A stretch of 63,915 bases of DNA, filler included, from Reclinomonas americana ATCC 50394 (GCA_048213135.1; 45 parts of 45 records of this genome joined end to end with filler, not necessarily neighbours in it); one strand, 5' to 3'. Counted from the first letter of the whole stretch, positions 48,466-61,195 are shown. Numbers and translations: made by a program. The notes: generated by a model from the sequence alone, not told the origin.

Positions 48466-49710
48466 GCTGGCTGGCCCCCTGGTGGAGGCCTCGGTGCAAG
48501 TCTACACGCGCATCTCGGCCGACATGTTGCCGACGCCAGCCAAGATGCACTACACGTTCAACTTGCGCGACTTGTCGAAGGTGGTGCAAGGCATCCTGCA
48601 GACCAAGCCGGCGCTGGCGGGCACGCCCGACATGCTGATTCGTCTGTGGGCACACGAGACGTCTCGTGTGTTCCGCGACCGTCTCATCAACACCGACGAC
48701 CGCAGCTGGTTCACCCGCCTGCAGAAGGAGCTGCTGGCTTCGCTGCTGAACCGCGACTGGGAAGAGTCGCAGTTTGCCAACGACATGTTTGGCGGTTTCA
48801 TGGATCGCGACGACGAATCGCGCGAGTATCGCTTTGTGCCCGACGACGCCGTGCTGCTGAACACGCTGGAGGAGTACGTGGAGGAGTTCAATCTGACCAC
48901 CAGCAGCAACACCAAGCTGGTGTTCTTTGGTGATGCCATTCGTCACTTGGCCCGCATCTCGCGTGTGCTGTGCCAGCCACGTGGCAATGCCGTGTTGGTC
49001 GGCGTCGGTGGCTCTGGTCGCCAGGTACTGACCCGCCTGGCCGCGTTTGTCACCAACGCACAGACGATTCAGCCGGAGATTACCCGCACCTATGGCAAGT
49101 TCGACTTCCAGCAGGACATTAAGCGTGCGTTATTGACTGCCGGTTGCGGCGGCAAGCACGTGGTGTTCCTGTTGTCGGATACGCAGATTGTGCGTGAGGA
49201 CTTTTTGGAGGACATCAACTGCGTGCTCAACACTGGTGAGGTGCCCAACATTTTCGCCCCCGAAGACTACGAGCGCATCATGGCCGACGTGACGCCGCTG
49301 GCACGCGCTGCCGGCAAGCTGGAGAACAAGGATGTGGTGTACGCCCACTTTGTGGAGCTTGTACGCGAGGTGAGCTGCTGCGGTCCCATGCTGATCACAC
49401 TTTGACTATTTTTCTCCTCTTGCTCACAAGGCGATGTTGTTGGATGTACAGCGACTGCACGTGGTGCTGGCCATGAGTCCGATTGGCGAAGTCTTCCGCC
49501 GACGCATTCGCATGTTCCCCGCTCTCGTCAACAACTGTACCATTGACTGGTTCGATGCGTGGCCGGATGAGGCCTTGTACGGTGTGGCCGTGCAAAAGTT
49601 GGAGAACGCCAACATTGCGAACGCCGAGGTCAAGGACGGTATCTGCCGCATGTGCGTGCGCGTCCACACTTCGGTCACCAAGTACTCGGAGAAGTTCTAC
49701 GAGGAGTTGC
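48466..49710 (+). CDS. Axonemal (inner-arm type) dynein heavy chain, AAA3-AAA4 region
   Basis: LPTPAKMHYTFNLRDLSKV; GNAVLVGVGGSGRQ; LNTGEVPNIF; LHVVLAMSPIGEVFRRRIRMFPALVNNCTIDWF. Confidence 0.97.
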
Positions 49711-49989
49711 GTGTGTGTGTGTGTGTGTGTCAGCGGTGCTGTTCTGTCCGAGAGTGTGTCCCGGTGGTCACACTCGGTTCTTTNNNNNNNNNNNNNNNNN
49801 NNNNNNNNNNNNNNNNNNNNNNNNNNNTTAATTAATTAANNNNNNNNNNNNNNNNNNNNNNNNNNNNNNNNNNNNNNNNNNNNTTACTTCCCCGCACTCG
49901 ACTCTTTCTGTCTCCTCCGTTTCTATATCCACTCAGTCCCTCTTTCAATCACCCAGTTTCTGTCATTTCTCCTCCAGCTCACAACGCAC

Positions 49990-50890
49990 CTCGTCGATTA
50001 CTTTAAAGGCGAGAGGCACCTGCTGCGCGCGATCGCACGCCTTCACCAGCAGCGCGTAGATGACGGGCGTGGAGGGGAGGTTGTGTTTCGGCATCACGTG
50101 TCGATGAATGAACTGCGCGCGACGCAAATCGCCCGACTCGGCACACACACTCATGGCTGCCGCGCAGAGCACACTGTTGAGAATGGGCGGATCGCACTCC
50201 TCGATTACTGCGCATTCGCCGGTGAGTGCGCAAACAAACTGCATGACAAGCGAGCGCACGCAACATCTCAGCAAGCGCATGGCATCGAGCACGCGGCCCG
50301 ACTCCTTCAGCACACCAAACGCCATGGCACACAATCCTGGTCTCAACTGCTGCTGCTGCTGCTTCTCCACAATGTCTAGCACCAAATCGCCGCGGCGTAA
50401 CACGCGGCACATGCGCAGGAGCGAGCGATACATGTCACCGGTCGGCCTGCTCGTTTTCCGCACCCATTCATGAAACAACTCCATTGAGCCCGTCACCTGC
50501 CGCTCCACTTGCCAGCGCGCCTCAATCGCCAACTGATACATGTCGCGCAGCACCGACGGCCACGAGCCCTGTTTGGGCTCGCTCGCCGGCGACCGTACAG
50601 CCTGCTCAAACACCGACAGCAGCGCACGATGATTGCCGTCGCTCGCATGCGCCTGCATGGCTTGATGGTGCAACGACAGCGACTGTGGCCACCGTTTCAC
50701 CGCGGCCTCGTACAACTGCAGTGCCTCCTGATGCAGACCGGCGGCACACAGGCGCTGCATGAGCTTGTCGCTGTCGGCCGGCAACCGTTGCAGCGCACTG
50801 ATCCACATTTGCACGAGCTCTTCCTTGCGCAACAGACGATCCAGCAAGTCGGCGCCCAGTGGAGTCGCCAGCGCAGGAGGCTGAGGAGGC
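49990..50890 (-). CDS. Pentatricopeptide-repeat-like protein (partial)
   Basis: RPTGDMYRSLLRMC; NSVLCAAAMSVCAESGDLRRA; STPVIYALLVKACDRAQQVPLAFKVIDE. Confidence 0.75.
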
Positions 50891-51300
50891 AGTAACGGTG
50901 ACGACGCAGGTGTGACGCGCGTGGGCGACGAAGCAACGCGCAGCGACTGTCAGCATTGTGAGATGCGAGAAACCAAATGCACGCAGGGGGCAGAGAGAGA
51001 CACACATACACACACCGACTGGAAGATGCGAGAGGCCGAGGTTACGGGCTCTTGTTGTGCAGCGGGCGGCTTCTGACGCGTATCGCTCTCCTTCATCTGC
51101 GCACTCGTCTTCCAGACTATGTGCATTGCACGCATGTGAGAGAAAGTCGTCAACCAACGGGTGGGCGAGGTATCACTCACACGCAAAGTGCCTCGCAGGC
51201 NNNNNNNNNNNNNNNNNNNNNNNNNNNNNNNNNNNNNNNNNNNNTTAATTAATTAANNNNNNNNNNNNNNNNNNNNNNNNNNNNNNNNNNNNNNNNNNNN

Positions 51301-51522
51301 CGAGAGCAATGCAAAGCAGAGCGCGAGAGCAATGCAAAGCAGAGCGACGAAGAGCAATGCAAAGCAGAGCGACGAAGAGCAATGCAAAGCAGAGCGACGA
51401 AGAGCAATGCAAAGCAGAGCGACGAAGAGCAATGCAAAGCAGAGCGACGCAGAGCAATGCAAAGCAGAGCGACGCAGAGCAATGCAAAGCAGAGCGACGC
51501 AGAGCAATGCAAGCAGAGCGCG
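51301..51522. repeat. 25-bp intronic minisatellite, about 8-9 copies
   Basis: AGAGCAATGCAAAGCAGAGCGACG(A/C) repeated. Confidence 0.95.
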
Positions 51523-51581
51523 AGAAGGAGAAGAAGAAACCCCTATGGCCCACCGCTCTCGCTCGTGCCGCCGCACTCACC

Positions 51582-52617
51582 AAATGAGACCCTCAAAGAT
51601 ATTCGCCAGGATAAACGTCGATTGTGCCACCACGAGCAGCAGCGTCATGTGGGTCCACGCAAACTGAGTCAGCTGCATCCGTGCGTACTTGCGCTCCAGT
51701 GACATGACAAAGCCCACGAAACCTGCAGCGGCAATACACCAACCGAGTCAGCTTTGCACACAGCGAAATGGTGGATGCAGGAAGGGGAAGAGGAATTGCA
51801 CGGCTCAGGTACACGATTGTCATCAAAGTGATCAGAAGTAACAAGTAGTGGTAATATAACATCATTGCGGTGCAGCGGTCCTCTCACACTATACGCACAC
51901 AAAGCAGCACGGCGACTCACCAAACACCCACAGCAGGAACGACAGGAACGAGTGGTACTGCGACAGGAATGCTTCCATCTTGGGCAGGTCGATCTCCAAA
52001 AAGTTCTTGGCCATTCGGCCGTAGATGAAGAACAGCGTGCAGCCGAGGAAGTACCTGGGGTGGGGAGGAAAGTGAGAAGGAGATGTTGAGAGGGAGAACG
52101 AGGGGAAGGAGGAAGGAGACGTTGAGAGGGAGATCGAGTGACGGAGAATGGCACAGAAGAGTGAGAAGACGAGGGGAAGAAAGGGAGCCAGTGAGGGAGA
52201 GGAAGGGGGCGGAAGGATGATCGAGTGAAAGAGAATGGTACAGATAAAGTGAAGGAGAATGCCACAGAAAGAGTGAAGACAACAGAAAGAGGTTGGATGA
52301 ACAGAGTGGGTGTGCAAGTTAGCGGAGTTAACGAGAAGGCGGAAGTGAGGAGATGAGGAGGGAGAGAGTGAGAGAGAGAAGGGAGGAGGAAAGAATGGAC
52401 ATGGAGAAGAACAGTATGAGACGCACCATTGGAACGAGCGGAAGAGGCGAATATTTGACTCGGTCTTGGCGTACTGCTTGTAAAACAGCGACATGACCTC
52501 GTGGAACATAAGAATCTGCAGCGCGACCACCAGCCCAGCCGCCGCCCACTGTCCATTATACAAAATGATCGCGAATGATGCTGCAAATACACACAAACAG
52601 GTGTCAGCCGCGTGTCA
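51582..52617 (-). CDS. CDS1: Phosphatidate cytidylyltransferase (CDP-DAG synthase), partial
   Basis: LQILMFHEV..FRSFQW|YFLGCTLFFIYG..YHSFLSF..|GFVGFVMSL..QFAWTHMTLLLVVAQSTFILANIFEGLIW. Confidence 0.93.
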
Positions 52618-53193
52618 NNNNNNNNNNNNNNNNNNNNNNNNNNNNNNNNNNNNNNNNNNNNTTAATTAATTAANNNNNNNNNNNNNNNNNNNNNNNNNNN
52701 NNNNNNNNNNNNNNNNNGTGTGTGAGTGTGTGAGTGAGTGTGAGTGTGAGTGTGAAAGACAAGACAGTGTGAGAATCGCAGAAGTCAGTTTGAACATGAG
52801 AGTCACGCACTCACTCTCTCTCACACACACTGCTCTCTTCCTCCTCTTTCTCTCACTCACTCACCCAGGCAACTGCGATCTCGCGCTCATCCACGCCACT
52901 CGCCGCCATTGCGGCCATAGATCACTCTCTTTCTCTCTCTCTCTCTCTCACACACACACACTGTCTCTCTATGTGCGCCTGTCCTCCACTCTCTCACACA
53001 CACAGAGAGAGAAACGCGCGTGTGTGCTTTGTTGCTCACAGACACACACAGAGACACTTGGATCAATGGATGCTCGCGACCACGCGACTCGACAAGCACG
53101 CAGTTTCACTTTTCTTTCTCAGTGTGAGAGAGAGAGGCGAGGTGTGACAAAGGGGGATTTCCTGCTCTCGCCTTCTCTTTCTTCCTGTGCTGC

Positions 53194-53959
53194 TTAGTAT
53201 TCGCCGTCGGCCAGCTTGCGCGCGGCCTTTTCGAACAAACGACGGTGGTTCTCCTGTGCCTTGGACAGGGTCTGCCGATACATTGGCAAAAGTACATATC
53301 ATGTACACATGTGAGTAGGCAGCAAGTGCGTCGACTGGAGGAGGGGGTGGCGAGGAGACGCAACTCGGAAGTAATCGGCGACGGCGGTGAAACCCTCCTT
53401 CTCGGCGGTCTCCGCCATGTCGGGGTACATGGTGTTGGCCTCCTGTGAGCATTGCAGGGGCGGAATGAGCAGAGAAAGGAAAACTCCGCGTAAACATCTC
53501 CGACACAAGCACGATTCTGCAACTCTACCCTCCTGCTTCAGAAGCTGTCTCTGTAACTCTGCACCATGCAAACAACTCCGTCACAAGATGTCTCTGCAGC
53601 TATGCCCCCTGCAAACAAGCTGTCCCTGCAACTCTCATCCCCCTGCAAAACGCGAGCATTCTTTCGTCATGCACACTCACCCACTCCTCACTGGCAATCG
53701 CCGCCATGAGGTTGTCCTCGGTGTTGCCAATCGGCAAGTTCACACACGGATCGCCCTCCGCCTGCAGAAACTCCTGCTCACACACACACAGAGATAGAGA
53801 TCACCACACAAACACGAGCGACAAGAGAGCGCGCGCACTCGATCCAGTCGAACCATGTGTCCCAGTGCGTGGCCAGTCTCGCCCTCGGCCGTGCTGCGGA
53901 ACACCGCCGCCACGTCATTGTTGCCGGCGACATCGGCAGTCTGTGCAAAGTACAAGTAC
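53194..53959 (-). CDS. Short rubrerythrin (ferritin-like diiron domain, no C-terminal rubredoxin domain), 4 exons visible
   Basis: YLYFAQTADVAGNNDVAAVFRSTAEGETGHALGHM|EFL..GDP..LPIGNTEDNLMAAIASEEW|EANTMYP..EGF..YFR|TLSKAQENHRRLF..Y*. Confidence 0.92.
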
Positions 53960-54128
53960 CTGCAAACAAGGGAAAGAAGAGAATGAGAGAGGAGGAGGAG
54001 AAGAAGAAGAAGAAGAAGAAGAAGAAGANNNNNNNNNNNNNNNNNNNNNNNNNNNNNNNNNNNNNNNNNNNNTTAATTAATTAANNNNNNNNNNNNNNNN
54101 NNNNNNNNNNNNNNNNNNNNNNNNNNNN

Positions 54129-54538
54129 GACAGTTGGAGGGGCACACGGATGAGGTGATGGCGGTGGTGGTGACGGGCAATGGGCGGCATGTGGTCAGTG
54201 GCAGTGGGGACACGACAGTGCGCGTGTGGGCGTGGGCGAGTGGCGAGCAGGTGTGTCGCCTAAAGGCATTTGCCAGTGAGGTAACACTGGTGGCGGTGTC
54301 GGCCGATGGGCAGCATGTGGTGTGCGGCAGTGTCGATGGAGAGCTGTGCATGTGGTCGACGCCAGTGGGGCTGGCGCGGTTGGAGGTGGCGTGTGCGGTT
54401 GCGGCTGTGCGTGCGGTGCAGGAGATGGTGGGCGATGGGGATGCGCGGTGTCTGGCGGAGATGGTGCTGCGGTGTTTTGTGGTGGAGGAGGCGGAGGTGG
54501 TGGTGCGTAGGTGTGTCGAGGCGGGCATGTTGCTGTAA
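54129..54538 (+). CDS. 3' end of a WD40 family member with C-terminal module
   Basis: WSTPVGLARLEVACAVAAVRAVQEM..DARCLAEMVLRCFVVEEAEVVVRRC. Confidence 0.9.
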
Positions 54539-55197
54539 ATGTCGGCGTGTTGCGAGAGGAGGGAGGGGGTGGGAGAGAGAGGAGAGGGTGAGAGCAGAGG
54601 CGCGCCCTCGGTGCCACAAACAAACAAGCAACAGCTGTCTTGAAGGCAGCGGCAGGATATCTTGTGTCCAACACAAGTCTTGACTTCGACGGCACTGATC
54701 CTCAGTTGCGGGGCAGGTGCTTCGCATGGCGGGTGGTGCGGAGAGAGTGACGTGCTCCTTGTGAATGGGTGAGAGGAGAGTTGTGAGGACACCCTGGATT
54801 GTGCCCTCTCCTTATCGGTTCGCTTTTGTTGTCGACAGGAAAAGTGCATGCAGCTGCCTTTCGATATGCTCTCGCGAAAGCATTATGCAGCGGTCCCGCT
54901 GCTCTGATTGTTGTTGCTTGGCTCTCCCCAATCAGGGAGATTCATAAAAGAGTGCGTTATTGCGTGTACGGTTTTTCCAATTACAGTCATGTTCATATTT
55001 CTGCCACACCCACACACACTGTGTGTCGTTCCCCGCAGAATCCACACCTGCCAAAAAGCACACTCTGGCACTCCACCACACAGCAACCTCAGCACACAAA
55101 GAGACAGAGACTGGATATCGGGACAATCAATTTATTTCGCGAGCACGCAGATATCTCTCTTTGTGCATTGAGAGAGAGTGTGTGTCTGTGTAAAGTC

Positions 55198-55317
55198 ATG
55201 CCCTCTCTCAGGGTTATCTTGAGATTAGTTGTGCTGGGAGCACTGGTGGTGTGCTTCATTGCGGGGCCGCTGGTTGCGCAAGATGATCTCTCTGCGGAGC
55301 CGGATTTGCAGGAATAT
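55198..55317 (+). CDS. First exon of a secreted protein
   Basis: Signal peptide MPSLRVILRLVVLGALVVCFIAGPLVA, followed by donor GTTGAGT and a GA tract. Confidence 0.55.
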
Positions 55318-55540
55318 GTTGAGTGAGAGAGAGAGTGTGTGTGAGAGAGAGAGAGAGAGAGAGAGTGGAGGGAGGAGAGAGAGAGGAGAGAGAGAGAGAG
55401 GAGGAGAGAGAGAGAGAGAGAGGAGGACGAGTAGTAGTAGNNNNNNNNNNNNNNNNNNNNNNNNNNNNNNNNNNNNNNNNNNNNTTAATTAATTAANNNN
55501 NNNNNNNNNNNNNNNNNNNNNNNNNNNNNNNNNNNNNNNN

Positions 55541-56855
55541 GTGCACCATGGCCAGGCTCATCATCACCATCATCAGCAGCAGCAGCATCATCATCAGCAG
55601 CATCAGTCGCAGAGCTCTCATCACAGCATGTCGAAACATGTGCGAATCGAGGCGCCGGCGGACTCGTCGCCACACGCCGGCACCGACACCCCACTGTCAT
55701 CATCGGTATGTCAGGAAAGAGATTTAAGCGTCGTCCGTTGGGCAGTTTTAGTGATCTCGCTTTCAAGTATTGGATGGAGAGACCACAACTGTGGTCGCAG
55801 GCGTGTTCTTACGCCAGTGCGCGCTCACACTTGCAGTTGCCACCGGCGCCACCACGGTCGCAGTCGGTGCCGCCACCGTCATCGTCGGCGTCGGCCGCAC
55901 ACGGGCACACACTCGGACCACCGCTCGACAACACCTCCATGTCGGCGTCGCCGTCGGTGTCGCCACAGCGTGGCCACATGCTGCCCGACATCTATCGGCA
56001 CAAGCTGAAAAAGTTGATTCGCGGTGGCACGAGTGCCAAGGGCCGACCACGCAAGGTCGATCCACTCGACAATCCGTCGTCCACCGCGGCAGCCGCAGCC
56101 GCAGCCCTCGCTCCGAGTGCGGGGCCTGGCGCCTCCATGTCGGCGTCTTCGTCGTCCTCCAACGCCGGTGGTGCGTATCGTCTCTTGGGTGGCAGCAGTG
56201 AGGATGCCGGCGGTGACAGTGGTGAGGCTGGTGCCGCCGATGCCGCGTCCGGTAGCAGTGGCCACAGCACGTCGCCGTCGCGCTCTCTGCGGCGACCGCC
56301 GTGGGATATGCGCGTGTCGGACCTGGCGCAGCATGAGCGCGAGAGGGAGAAGAGAGCCAAGAAAATCGGTGAGTGGTGTCCCAGAAAAACCGCTCACGTG
56401 TGTGTCTGTCACCGCCAACCACGTGTGGGTGCGCAGAGCGTGTGGTGGGCGAGATGCACGAGGTGTCGGCAGCCATGGATCGGAAAGCACAGCAGGCCAA
56501 GGGCGATCGCGACCGCTTCATGTTTCAGGAAAAAGACCGAGAGCAGGCGGTGGCACGCAAGCTGGCGTCGGTGCGTGATGCCACGGCGACGCTGTACAAT
56601 GACGCGTACCGCGACTTGTGCCAGCAGCTGGAGTTCCTGGTTGACTGCACCAACTTCACCAAGGAGGAGGTGGTGTGGAAGGCCCGCGATGCCCGCGACG
56701 AGTTTATGCGACGACTGCTGAAGCTCAAGGAGCTCGCCGAGGAGATGGAGGAGATTCGCGAGAACCTGCAGGCTGACTCGCGCTACCTGGCCATTCGACG
56801 AGTGGGTCTCTCACTGTACAAGGATGGACCTGGGGAGTACCGCACCGACAGCGAG
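55541..56855 (+). CDS. Unknown protein with low-complexity and coiled-coil regions (partial)
   Basis: Spliced open frames ending ..EEMEEIRENLQADSRYLAIRR.. Confidence 0.55.
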
Positions 56856-56955
56856 NNNNNNNNNNNNNNNNNNNNNNNNNNNNNNNNNNNNNNNNNNNNT
56901 TAATTAATTAANNNNNNNNNNNNNNNNNNNNNNNNNNNNNNNNNNNNNNNNNNNN

Positions 56956-56998
<43 letters not shown>

Positions 56999-57029
56999 AG
57001 GGCATCTCCTCCTCTATTTAATGGAGAAG

Positions 57030-57975
57030 GTGTGGGCTCAATTGTACTTGTATCTCAGCAGGGGAAGATATCCCTCTTGTTTGCTCTTCTTGCTCTCCCC
57101 CTGCGTGCGCGTGGGTGTGTGCAACTCTCACTCTCTCTCCTAACCCTGGAGACGGTGTGCGCTCAAACGCACTTGCATCACTGCAAGAAGGGTTCTCTCT
57201 CCTGTTCCTCACTGTTCTCTGCAGGCGACGAACTTCCCTCTTTTAAGCGTATGTGTGCGTACTGGATAGATCCGTGGGTGCTCCCTTGCACCGAAAGAGT
57301 GTGGGCTCACAAAGCACTTGTATCTCTGCCGGTGAAGGTTATTCTTCTTGCTCTAACTATGAAGACGGTGTAGGCTCAAAGCACTTGCATCTCTGTGCTC
57401 TCTCCTTCTCTTCACACTCTCGTTCTGGTGAAGAAAACGAGTGTGGTCTCCCCTCTCCTTTGTTCTTACTGGCTCACAAAGCACTTGTATCTCTGCAGGT
57501 GAAGATACCCCGTTGTTTGTTCTTCTTGCTCTCTCCCTGCCATAACTATGAAGACGGTGTGGGCTCAAAGCACTTGCATCTCTGTGCTTTCTCCTTCTCT
57601 TCTCACTCTCGTTCTGGTGAAGAAGAGGAGTGTGGTCTCCCCCCTCCTTTGTTCTTCCTGGAAGAACGCGGACTCAAAAAGCACTTGTATCTCAGCGAGT
57701 GAAGGTTTCTCTTAACTATTCTTGCTGCACTCAGCCTCTGTTCACTCTTTACTTTCTCTCTCTCTCTCTCTCTCTCTCTCTGACAACGGAGAACAAGAAG
57801 AGCGGGCTCAAAATGCACTCGTATCTCAGCGAGAGACCTCCATCTCTTCCTCTCTCCCTCTAAATCACACGCACAAAGAAGAGCATGTGTGCGCAAGGAG
57901 GGAGCCCAGACAAGGAGACAGGCGCGTGTAATGCAAGGAGTGTGAGCACTCAAAATGCACTTGTCTCTCTCACTG
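57030..57975. repeat. Array of about nine ~25-bp motifs with variable spacers
   Basis: GGCTCA(C)AAAGCACTTG(T/C)ATCTC at ~57035, 57161, 57304, 57373, 57471, 57562, 57671, 57805 and 57948. Confidence 0.75.
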
Positions 57976-58128
57976 CATCACTTTGCAAACGCACACATAC
58001 ACTCTCTCTCTCTCTCTCTCTTACACACTCCTCTCACAATGAAGAGGCACAGGTGGCGAGAGGAAGAGAGAAGAGAGAGTGTTGTCTCTCAGTATCACTT
58101 TGACTGTGGTTTGTGAGTGAATGTGTGT

Positions 58129-58162
<34 letters not shown>

Positions 58163-58504
58163 GTGAGTGAGTGAGTGAGTGAGTGTGAGTGAGTGAGAGA
58201 GTGAGAGAGAGAGCGTGTGTGTGAGAGAGAGAAAGCGGGAGGATGTGTGTGTGTTGTGTGTCTTCTCTCTNNNNNNNNNNNNNNNNNNNNNNNNNNNNNN
58301 NNNNNNNNNNNNNNTTAATTAATTAANNNNNNNNNNNNNNNNNNNNNNNNNNNNNNNNNNNNNNNNNNNNCTTGGACCCTCCTCCCCCCTCCCTTTCACT
58401 CTTTCTTCTCTCTTGGCTCCCAGTCTCTCTCTCTCTTTCCCCCTTTCCCGCTCTCTCCCTCCTTCCTCCCTTCCCCTCTTGCTCTCTCTCCTTCCCACAC
58501 GCAC

Positions 58505-59193
58505 CGTGGAGTGGCAGTTTCCAATCGCGCGATCGCGCTTGAGCGCCTCGAGCTCACGCGGCTTGCCCTCCTCAAAGCACTGAATGAGCTGGTTGGCGAC
58601 CGAACCCTCGTTGCTGAAATCGAAGCTGTTGAAGCGACCGGCAAACTCCTCGAACGACTGCCCGCGCAGCAGAAGGGGGAAACGTGAGCAAGCAAGCACA
58701 TTAAGTACAACAAATGGCAATCGCAAAGCACCTGTCGCGCGCGATCGACATTGCCCTGATGGAGACGCAGAATGACAACCGAGAGACCGTGCACATTGGC
58801 CTGCGATCTTGTGGCGGCCGAGGTGCCCTGGTCATCGTAGATCGACGCCGAGTCCCACAGCATCTTGGCGCACTCTTCGTCGCGGCCGGCCTCCATCAGA
58901 ATCTTGGTGAGCAGGCGCACCACATCGCTCGTCAAGTACCACTGCTCCGTCTGCTGAATAATGCGCAGCGCCTTGGTCAGCAACTGCACCGCGCGATCGA
59001 CGTTGCGTTCGCGCGGATCGGCCGAGTCGAGCGCCGCGCCGCCATCACCAGGTTCTTGCAGGCACGATCGGCGTTCTGTTCCATCATGAAAAAGTCGGCC
59101 GCGCGATCAAAGGCATCCACCGACTGCGCCACCATGCTGGCATCGCGATAGCACTGCGCGGAGTTCTCCATGGAGATGCCGGCGGCCAGTGCC
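58505..59193 (-). CDS. NAPG: Gamma-SNAP (NSF attachment protein gamma)-like, partial, with a 1-nt frame break near 59035
   Basis: AGISMENSAQCYRD..FDRAADFF..ADRA; LSVVILRLHQGNVDRA; FDFSNEGSVANQLIQCFEEG. Confidence 0.72.
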
Positions 59194-59346
59194 CTGTTTA
59201 GAAGAGTGTCGGGTGAGTGAGAGAGAGAATGAACGAAAGGGAGTGTGTGTTGTGTGAGAGAAAAGAACGCAAGGGAGTGTGTGTTGTGTGAGAGGACGCC
59301 ATAGAGCATTCATGAGTGAGACAAGGGTGAGCGCTCCTCACCCTCT

Positions 59347-59391
<45 letters not shown>

Positions 59392-59781
59392 TTCTCTCTC
59401 TCTCCCTTCTCGCTCGCGTCTCTCTCTTTCGCACGAACTCTGCTTTCTCTCTCCTACTCACTCTATCTCTCGCGCGCAGGAGAGTATGCGAGAGTGTGAG
59501 AGAGCGAGCGTGTTGTGTGAGAGAGAACGACAAGGACTGCAGGTGTGTGAGGGAGGGATGAGCGCTCCTCGCTCTCTTCTCTCACTCATCTCTCCCTCGC
59601 TTTCACACGCGCTCCTTGTCGTTCCCTCTCTCTCTCTCTCTCTCTCGCACACACACAACAACACTACTTCTCTCTCTCACTNNNNNNNNNNNNNNNNNNN
59701 NNNNNNNNNNNNNNNNNNNNNNNNNTTAATTAATTAANNNNNNNNNNNNNNNNNNNNNNNNNNNNNNNNNNNNNNNNNNNN

Positions 59782-60863
59782 TCTCCTCATCATCATCATC
59801 GTCATCGTCGTCATCGTCGCCATCATCGTCCTGCTGCCCAGCATCCTTATCATCATCACCGTCGTCGTCGTCTTCGCGTGCCACAATCGGTCCCTCGTTG
59901 GCCTCCTCGTCCTCCGCGAATCGCGTCACAACAGAGTCGCGCCAGCCGCTTCGCAGCGTCAGCTTGAACATACCCATCTTCTTGCCCATCAGCTTCAGAA
60001 TGCGGCACTGGCGCGGCGTAAGCTCCTCGCCCTCCGTGCACACCGTGTACGCCCTCTCCAGCAACACGACACCTGTGGATCGCCATTTTGTCAGCACCAC
60101 GGGTGAGCAACAACAGAGAGAGAGATGGTACAGACCATCGCGCAGCGTCACTGGCATCTCGAGCTTCTCTCGCAGGTAGGGCTCCATGGGTCCGGAGCAC
60201 CAGCGATGACCCGTGTGCGCACCGAGCTCGCCCTGCGGTATCGTCACCGTCTCCGAGGCCACATCGCCACCGACTGCAAACTCGGGCACGCCAAACTCCT
60301 CAAAGAAGTTGACCACCGCCTCCTCTGGCTCATTGGTGAACAGCAGGCCGGAGGTGCCTGAGCCCTTCAGCGACAGTGCGATCTCGTGCAGCTTCTCTCG
60401 GTACTCGTTCTCGGGCGTGCGGCCGAGACCCACCGCCATCAGAGTGTTCTTGCCCAGAATGAACCTGAGAGGAGAGGAGAGTGAGCATGCCAACAAAAAG
60501 GGGAGGTGAGAGGAGGCGGTGAGGAACGCAACTTGCTTCCGCCCCACGTCAGTCGCACCTCCTTCATGAGCTCCGTGCGAAAGTTGCTATAGGAGAAGTG
60601 GTAGACGGCCTCGTACGCGTCCATCGCCTCACGAACCATATCAATGATGCGCTTCTTGTTCTCGCGGTTGCCTCCGACCGTGGCCTCTGCGTTGAGGGAG
60701 AGGGCGCGCGCGTGTGTGAGTCGCTCGTGCACATTCACATGCACAGACTCCACCAACAAAAAAAAAGAACATGCTGCAGTGCTCTGTGTGTTCTTCTGCG
60801 CGTGTGTGACACACACAAAGGCAGAGACGCACCAGGCTTACGTGCGCGTCTGGAGCGTGGCAT
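59782..60863 (-). CDS. MRT4: Ribosome assembly factor Mrt4 (3 introns)
   Basis: MPRSRRAR; SKFILGKNTLMAVGLGRTPENEY; GLLFTN; MEPYLR..L.MP; YTVCTEGEELTPRQCRILKLMG; acidic tail. Confidence 0.95.
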
Positions 60864-60975
60864 GGGGTGAGCGCAAAAGGGGGGGTTCAGAAAAGGACTT
60901 GTGACAATCGTGGACAGACTCGCGTGTCTCTTGAGTGGTGTTGTCGCGCGCGTGTGGTGTGTCAAGGTGCCCACC

Positions 60976-61047
60976 ATGAGTCGCAAAAAAGGCGGAGGAA
61001 TGAGCATCACCGAGCAGATCCAAGAGCAAGCTCGACGCGATGCACTG
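60976..61047 (+). CDS. Probable first exon of a gene divergent from MRT4
   Basis: CCACCATG context, MSRKKGGGMSITEQIQEQARRDAL, then G|GTACC donor. Confidence 0.5.
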
Positions 61048-61195
61048 GTACCTTTTGCACACTCACTCTCTGCATCACACTCTTCTTCTCATCTCNNNNN
61101 NNNNNNNNNNNNNNNNNNNNNNNNNNNNNNNNNNNNNNNTTAATTAATTAANNNNNNNNNNNNNNNNNNNNNNNNNNNNNNNNNNNNNNNNNNNN

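Noticed and set aside
48466..49710. Alternative genetic code
   Set aside because: There are no in-frame stops in conserved exons, and TAA and TGA terminate recognisable genes (FIS1, rubrerythrin, the WD40 copies).
57030..57975. CRISPR array
   Set aside because: The repeats are degenerate, spacing is irregular (69-143 bp), spacers are partly duplicated, the context is eukaryotic and there are no cas genes.
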